From the NCBI GenBank assembly GCA_002633005.1, contig NMRA01000096.1, positions 434,001 through 498,000 on the forward strand: DNA of 64,000 nt. Reading direction: 5' to 3'. The notes below the pieces were generated by a model. It searched no databases. It was given only the letters and a program-made list of their open reading frames with translations, and was not told the DNA's origin. This document shows positions 51,032 through 64,000 of this stretch, piece after piece. The stretch comes from Phoronis australis (taxonomy: Eukaryota > Animalia > Phoronida). The position numbers and the translations under genes were made by a program. Within the stretch, counting starts at the first letter, position 1. Each line of letters begins with the position of its first letter.

Positions 51032-53773
51032 CAGTGGCGGATCTACGTTTTCAGTAAGGGGGGGTTTAGGATTCCCGCAAAGGTCGAATCCGAGGCGCGT
51101 GGCGCCGAGCGGGGGGGTGGGGCGGAGGTCGGTAAACCCCCCCTCCCGTGTAAGACAACTTTTTGTTTTTGTAGCCAAACAGTGAAATTTCCATGCATCC
51201 TGGTACGTTTCTGGCACTTAACATGTCCCTGGAGTTTTTCTTAAGATAATTAAAAACCCTTCTCGATTTCGTCACATGAACTTGGCTCATAAGTTTCGTG
51301 AAACCATATTTGTCCACATCTGGGTATGAGTCACACCACCAGCAAAAATTTTTGTTGGAACATCTGCTTACATACACCTTTTTAGCATACGAAAAAGTGT
51401 GGTGTGTATACAGGGGTTTAGACAATTACCAAACATTGAAGAGCGTAAAGAGCACCCACGGGAGTAAAAACTTGAATATCAGATGATCGCAACAGCCTCA
51501 AGCTGTTTAAGAATGATGACCTGTACTGTTAGTCCGGAAATAAACATGTGTTCTGTCTCGTTCAGAGAAAAACTGGCGAACGATGGTGCTCTCAGCTCAT
51601 AGCCTATTACTAAACGCAAAAATAAACAATTAAGTATCACTTTATTAAGCTGAATCACGTTGACAACAATTGAAAAACGTCAAATGTATCAGGAAACAAA
51701 TCATCTGAAAACAGTTTCACGAAACCAAAACACTCTGTAAGCCTACACCGTGGTGAAAAGATATACAGGAGTAGTTCGTAGAGGGACCAGATGTACACTG
51801 AGAGTACACAAAAACTCTGGCCTGGTCCGTCACGAGACCAAAAGTACACCTGTGCTAATTATCCCTACAAAATAGTCGATCTGTCGCGGGACCAAACAGT
51901 ACTGGTTGAGACAAATAGTTTTACAAAGCACACTTTGGTAAAAAACATCACAAGACTAGTTCGCCGAGGGACCAGAAGTACACTGAAACTCGATATCTAC
52001 ACGAATCAAGCTGGACTGGTCCGTCGTGAGACCTAAAGCGTACTTTGCAAAAAATTTTGAATTGAAACTTCTCTCTAGACACGTTTTAATCCCCAGTGGT
52101 TGCTCATACGTGTAGTTTACACATCTGGTGGTCAACTGCTGCGAGAGGTTGTCAAGGAAGGGTTTTTGCACCGTTCTGTAGTACTCACTGGAAGAAACAA
52201 GTATTGGGTACATATTTAACTACGCACTACGCGAAATAAGATTTTGGATATGAAGCAGATAGACTCATGTGGAAATACAAACCAGAATCAGTTTCTGTGC
52301 GCTCGTAGACCCTCTGGTGTACTGGGTAAATTTGGCATGTCTAAAAATAATTTCTATTTCGTTTTCTTTGTACACAAGCACAAAAAACCGACATTATTTC
52401 ATTATTTCAAACTGTGAATAATTATAACTTATTACCTGGGTGTTTCTCCAGGAACGTTGGTCCAATCTACCTGCTGTCTAGACTGCCGAGGAATCAGTAT
52501 ATCGGATCCAATGGTTTGCTCGTCTTAGAACCATTCTACCCAGACATCTTCGACGTTAGTTCCCAACGCTTGCACTTCGTCAACTGTTGTGTCAATGAGC
52601 TTGTCCATCTCTACAATGCAGCATCTCGTTTCGCAGCTCAGTTGGCACTAAGCCCCCTGAGGTTACCAAGTCCATTCAAAAGACTTACAGCATGCGCAAC
52701 TAAATTTGTTCCGTTCATCATGGACTACTTAAAACCTTGACGATGTATCCCAGGACCCATTTGCATCTCTTGCAATTTTCGAAATAAACGTCCCAATGCT
52801 TGAACGCTTGAAACCCGAAGTACTAACATCAAATAAATGTCAATGGGCATGGGCGTTTCGTCGAGTGGGCCTTTCTACGGAAATTCCCAGTATAGAAAAC
52901 CTTAGTGGTGCTTATTGCAGGTAGAAAGACGGTAGGTGTTGAGGTCGGCACTAGGGCTCCTTAGAAGGCCCATAGTAAACATCGCACGAGTCCTGCAAGA
53001 CTTTGTTGTGAAATACAGCCTCCCCGCAATTTCTGGTACTGTACACTGTTCGCGAATGCGGTCACTTTGTTAATGTGAGTGCCCCTTTGGTCATTCCTTG
53101 TATAGTCATAACTTGTTAGAGTGCCATGATCTTCAAACAGACTCGCGACCAGACCACGGCGCCCGCTTCAATAGCAATTCTTCGGAAAACGATTTTTTTC
53201 AAAAGTATTACATGTACATGTACACTGTATGATATTGCGCAAGACTTTACAATACACCAGTCAAATTCGAGTTAAAAACGTGTAGGGTGTAATAGGATGA
53301 CACGGCATGACAGATGAGGTAAAAACGTTGCCCATCAATTCGCCTTCGAATATCAGGGTTGCGGCACCACAATATTTCCCCTAATCAAATCAAAACATAT
53401 CTTAGAGTAAAGAAACTAGTTACCTAAAGAAATCAGCTATAGAGCTGCTTTTTCAGAGGTGGATCCCGCCATCTAAAATGCTTGGCTACTTCAGAAGTGT
53501 CGTCGGAAGCGCGCGCACAATTGATCTCCGGGGTTTTGCCGATGAGCCTCGAAGACTCGAAACGCGTTGATTTTCATAACAGCAATTCACAATGCAAAAA
53601 ATATATTTTCAGAGTGAACCCCCCCTCATTTTTTCCAAGTTGGTTTACTAGGGGTTTACACACGCTGGAGGTGCCGTTTTTGTTTTGCTGGAGACTTTTT
53701 TTTTAAATTTTTGGGTCCTGGCCCGAGGGGGGTTTAAACCCCCTGAACCCCCCCCCCCGTAGATCCGCCACTG
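51032..53773 (-). mobile_element. Decayed hAT-superfamily DNA transposon (2.7 kb) with transposase remnants
   Basis: Perfect 16-bp TIR CAGTGGCGGATCTACG...CGTAGATCCGCCACTG with G/C-run subterminal motifs. Minus-strand remnants ...NVEDVWVEWF*...IPRQSRQQVDWTNVPGETP|intron|SEYYRTVQKPFLDNLSQQLTTR resemble the PR-x-GRQ-x-R-x-NVP...EYYRR...PFLD-x-L...L-x-x-RF segment of ZMYM1/THAP12-type hAT transposases. Confidence 0.8.
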
Positions 53774-53841
53774 ATTATTAGGGAGATAATGCGCCAGAGT
53801 TGGGGCTTACGACGGCCCACTCGGAAAAAAGAAGCTGTTCA

Positions 53842-53856
53842 TCGCCACCTGTTGGT
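53842..53856 (+). promoter_or_regulatory. CTCF-like motif (TCGCCACCTGTTGGT) in PSMC4 proximal promoter
   Basis: Matches the YGCCMYCTNNTGG consensus, about 50 bp upstream of the ATG; motif match only. Confidence 0.35.
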
Positions 53857-53905
53857 ACGGTGCTGAAAAACATTTAAGAATAAACTCCCCTGTTAAAAAT
53901 TCAAC

Positions 53906-59295
<5,390 letters not shown>

Positions 59296-60429
59296 CTCCT
59301 GCATATGTATGTTGCAAAAACAAAATTAATGTGCTTCGCAACACAATTCATATTGTCTTTGTAAAATATATCATTATTGTTCACCTGTTATTTTAATGAT
59401 GTTTTTTTGTTTGAAAGATTCACATTTAAATCCACTTATTACTGACCTGCACTATATTCAGGTTCCCGACACCAAAATCAAAACTAATCGCATAGTTTGT
59501 TAACGATGGTACAATTTTAAAATTTTCCATGGCTGATCTAAAAATGACTTTTTACCCAATAAATCAATCAAAATTTATTAAACTGTTCTACCATTTTCAG
59601 ATTTTGTGTACGTGTATGAAGGTCACACAATCATTTAAGTGCAGAATCTTTATAAAATACATGAAGAGCTTGTCATTCAATTCTTATCGCAAATAGAAAC
59701 TTTGCATTGTCTAGACTACACATACCAAAAGTCATAAAAGATCCAGTTACAGTCCTGAAGAGAACTTTATTGTAGTATAAGGTGAATATTTACAAGAACA
59801 GGACCTTATCATTCACAACAATACGCTTAAAATCAATCTCTATCACAGCAGTACATTTACAAGTTTGCATAATAATTACTGCTCCCTCGACCCATTTTTA
59901 TTACGATCCATACAACAATAGGGAAAAGACAAAAGGCTTGAATCATACAGTGAGCAAACAATGTCCAACTTGTTACTGAACACAGTTTGTGTTGGTCAGT
60001 TGTGTTTGCTCTGTGAACAAGAATGTTGAACGAAAACTACCTTTTGCTGGGTCATTTATGTTGGTTTCTATTGTTGGGTGGAGTGTAAATACATACCAGG
60101 GGAGCAGTGATTATTGCAAAAAAATGTCTCCAAGACAACTAGGGGATGTATAATTTCAGAAGGTATTAAAACGGTTTCTTTTTCCTTGAAGACCAAACAT
60201 TTGTAATGAATCGAAACTGAAGATGAAATTTATGAAAAGCCTGTTTCATGATGACAAATCCAGTATGGGATCTTAGGTCTTACCAAAGAAGCTTTTGCCC
60301 CCAACTAAGCATGGCGATGCATGAAATCACTTTTAAGTACACTCGTGTTTCCAAAGATGAGGAGCCAAAGTATGAGAGGAATCTTGTGAACTTGCAACGT
60401 TACTTTAATTGATGGAAAATATCACTTCA

Positions 60430-60698
60430 GGGGTCTATTGCATGAAAAGTAACACAAGACAGAAATTTGGTGTAACCCTTCACATAACTACATCTGAAAA
60501 ATATTTAAAACGAAACTTCAGGAAACAAATAAAATATCTGAGAACATACGCATAACTGCTACTTACTAACAGAAAATTTGTGCAGGAAGTGACGTGCTAA
60601 AAATTACGTGACTACCTTTATTTAGCAATTGTGATGTGGTAGCGCAAGACCAAATTTCTGTCTAAAGTCTTCTTTTACGTTTTTATGGAACAGACCTC
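60430..60698. mobile_element. Degenerate MITE (same family as 39168-39417)
   Basis: GGGGTCTATTGCATGAAAAGTAACACAAGACAGAAATTTGGT ... ACCAAATTTCTGTCT...TTTTTATGGAACAGACCTC. Confidence 0.6.
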
Positions 60699-60863
60699 AG
60701 AGGTGCATCTTGAGTCTCAGTTCTGGTTTTAAGACCTTCGATGAAACGGGGCTAAAACAGATTTGTCTTACCGGTAAGTTAACCGGAGTTTGGTCTGACC
60801 TAAGACCAAAAATTTTCATTGGTGAAGATTTTCCAAAAAACAATTTAGACATGTAAGCAAATG

Positions 60864-63217
60864 CTATGAAATCGCACAAGTCACATTTTGATTTTGAGCA
60901 ACCCCCTGGTGAGTTTGTGACCTATCACCAGAATCACTTGATGTACTGCATGATTCTAGATGAGATATACGAGTTGTTAAAATGTCCTTTAACTGTCTGG
61001 GCAGAATGTGCAACATGGCTCCCAGTTCATTCTGGTAGTGCAAGACTCTTTCCAAAGACAATCTGAAAGTTAAAAGACTTTAAAAATCCTTTGCAAACAA
61101 TTAGTAAATCACAATCATTACCACAATATAAAATTACACAATGAATAAATAACAATAGAAACAATACATGACTAAGACATTGAAATAAAGGATGGGCTAC
61201 TTTATTCTATAAAATAGCACACAAATTTGGTGAAAAATACTCGCTTGTATTCTCTGCAGTTTTCGATCATCAGGTTTACAGTTATCAAGTCTGTTAATGA
61301 AAAGTTTCTACCAAACTGTACTAAAATGGCCCACTTGTCTAGTTAAACTTATCGTCACTGGTTGTCAACTTTGAATATTAAGACAATAGTTTGTTTATAA
61401 AGACCTATAGTTGGACAGTACTATTGACAGACAACCATTTGTAATTACATTTTCAGAAAGTTTTATCCAAAAAATTTGAACTGACTATTTTCTTATGAAT
61501 GGCAATTATGTGGAAAACTCAGACCACTGTGTCTGCAAATTAAACCTATCTACAACACAACAACTTTTCAAGAAACTGTAAAGTCAAAAGCAGTCACACT
61601 GAGAAAAATTATGTTTGCAAAGGACAAAACTGGCAGGAAAGCAGTCCAGGAATGACGGTGAAGGCTAATAAATAGCATTTAAGAATTCAGAGCTCTTTTT
61701 AAAATGGGTTTTCAATTAATTTCAGTTAGATTGGCACGTACTTCATGGACTAGTAAGGAATTAATCAAACCCATATTCCACCAAAATAAATAAATGCTTA
61801 ATGAATACATTAAGTTGCATATAGTAGACACAACAAATACTCAGTGACGTAACCATTTTGTAGAGGAGTGCACATACAGACATCTTACTATAATGAGGGT
61901 GTCAACGAGAAGAGGGCGTGCATGGCCAAGGGCATTGCTAAAAATGGTACTTTACTTGACCAATAGATGGCACCTCATTTACACTAAACAACTACAGAGA
62001 TATCATGACAGTTAAATTATAGGCTATTTCAGGGTTTCAAAAGAACTGACAGTTGGTTACTACATGAGATCAGGTGCTACAAGCTGGGCTGTCTTGGGAT
62101 GTGACCAGTATGGTCTCAAGGAATAATGAGCTGTCAGTTCATTGCGAGTCCAAAAATCACTTTTTCCTTGAATCAGGAGCAAGCTTAGACAAATTATATT
62201 GCAGTGGATGATCGAAAAATCAAAAGTTCACTTCTTTGATGGAACGCGAGTTTATAGCCACTTTAAACGAATGTTACCTTTTCAGTGATTTTGGCGATAC
62301 CCTAATCTTCAATAACTCCTCTGATAACACCTGCAATAAACAAGTTGTGTATTGACTTGCCAGCTGTCATCGATCAAAATTAAGTTAAATTCACAATTTA
62401 ACTATGAAAGAGATTACGTCAAAATTAATTAGTTCCTTTGAATTGATGAAATGCCAACACTGCATTATAGGGCTCCGCTATTCTGCATCTTGGAGGGGTA
62501 TTAAAATGAAGTCAAATAAGCCTTCTATTGTGGGTTGGGCATGCATGTCAAGTCAGCCTATGTATTATGGCTCAGCAAGCCTAGCGAAGTAAAAATTCTT
62601 TAGTTTGGGACAAAAATGAATGCTAAAATTGTCACATTTCAAATTTTATGAGGCTTACCACATTGTTGTAAATACTCATAATATTACCAAATGTTGTTTG
62701 GAAATAGCTACACCATACAAACCTTGCTTAAGGCAAAGTAAATTTTCCTTCAGTTATTTTTGTTGAGAAATTTGACAAAATAAAATTTCACGTGTCCCCC
62801 ATATCGTGTAATCAACAAATCATCACCTGTTGCAATGCATGATAGTCATCAAGACTGAAAAAGCTCAAATTTAACAACAAAGTCATTTCTATAGACTGCA
62901 CTGACAAGAATTTGGCTAAATGTGTAGACTTGTCAAATACATGTCCAACATATATTTATTATAAGTTCAATAAGAAACCAACTATCACTACTCTATCATG
63001 CTNNNNNNNNNNNNNNNNNNNNNNNNNNNNNNNNNNNNNNNNNNNNNNNNNNNNNNNNNNNNNNNNNNNNNNNNNNNNNNNNNNNNNNNNNNNNNNNNNN
63101 NNNNNNNNNNNNNNNNNNNNNNNNNNNNNNNNNNNNNNNNNNNNAGAGGGTGGTTTGAAGGGATGTGGTCGAGCTTCTCCCATTTATTTTGATCAACATC
63201 AAATAACCAACTGTCAT
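60864..63217 (-). CDS. KLHDC2: Kelch domain-containing protein 2/1-like (CRL2 substrate receptor), 3' exons only
   Basis: Exons 63145-63217 (DSWLFDVDQNKWEKLDHIPSNHP, runs into N-gap), 62278-62330 (VLSEELLKIRVSPKSLKR) and 60864-61062 (LSLERVLHYQNELGAMLHILPRQL...TCAIS*). These match the recalled human KLHDC2 C-terminus (SDAWTY...NEW; SNEILIFSVQPKSLVRLSLEAV...LPKHL, BC/Cul2 box). One exon is probably in the gap; upstream exons lie off-window. Confidence 0.8.
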
Positions 63218-64000
63218 CTGCAGAAACATTAGTCAGTATTAGTTTTCAGCAGGACCTGCTACATAAAAGAATCAACAGAGGATACGTTTTGACAATTACT
63301 CGCTAAAAACAATTTGCAAATGCCAATAACTGGTCTAATATTGAGTCAATGTTGAGTTCTGAGTGATTGGAACTTAACAGACAACAACCCTTATGTCTCA
63401 CAAACAGGAGTGTGATGCTAACAAACAAAAGGTTATCTTCTATATTCTCAGTTTTAGTTATTAGAAACTAATGGATGTGACATAAATGATAAAATATTTT
63501 ACTACCTAACGAAAGCTTAAAAAGGGGGCAGAAACAAGGCTATGGCTGGACCACTACATACAACAGCAGCACAGAAAAATCCAGTGGCAGCAATGAAAAA
63601 TCAAATGTCCAGTAGTTCATTGTTATTATTGATGTATCTCTAATAATTTGAACACTTGGCTTTCATCTCTAATAGTTCATATGGCCACTTCTGTTTCTAT
63701 TAATTGGAACATGAAGCTGTCAAGGGAAAAAGAGCTCGTACATTAGTGTATGAATTGTTAATGAAATGACCGTACTATGCTCTGCACCATTAAATGAAGT
63801 TGCTGTACCAATCGAATATGACGGCTGGGATCACGATCAACAGTAAGATATTTTTTTTATTTTCATAAACCCAAGGTCTAAGAATACCTGTATTACTTTG
63901 ACATTGTTCGTTGGGATCATGTAAACTGATATTATGTTTCCTGGACAAGGTACAGAAATTTTGTCTATCACCCCAGGATATGAGTAATTTTGAAGTGCCT

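Overview
Eukaryotic genomic scaffold, intron-rich and AT-rich, most likely a marine invertebrate, with N-gaps. I reconstructed six protein-coding loci by hand from GT-AG boundaries and phase continuity. (1) LRPPRC (- strand, first 12 exons, continuing off the left edge). (2) An essentially single-exon NB-ARC/STAND + TPR (NLR-like) gene (+). (3) A C2orf73/CIMIP6-like ciliary gene (+, 4 exons) with an X-box + forkhead promoter. (4) A complete but strongly diverged POMT2-like O-mannosyltransferase (-, 20 exons, about 728 aa). (5) PSMC4/Rpt3 (+, 9 exons). (6) The 3' end of a KLHDC1/2-like kelch gene (-), ending in a CaaX-like CAIS. Introns and intergenic DNA hold several MITEs, a 2.7-kb decayed hAT element next to the PSMC4 promoter, micro- and minisatellites, and two near-identical duplications at assembly gaps that are probably haplotype artefacts. 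The most notable items are the effector-less, intronless NB-ARC-TPR gene among conserved housekeeping genes, the divergent POMT2, and degenerate tandem 'echoes' of exon boundaries in LRPPRC and PSMC4. All homology calls come from recalled protein motifs, not database searches.
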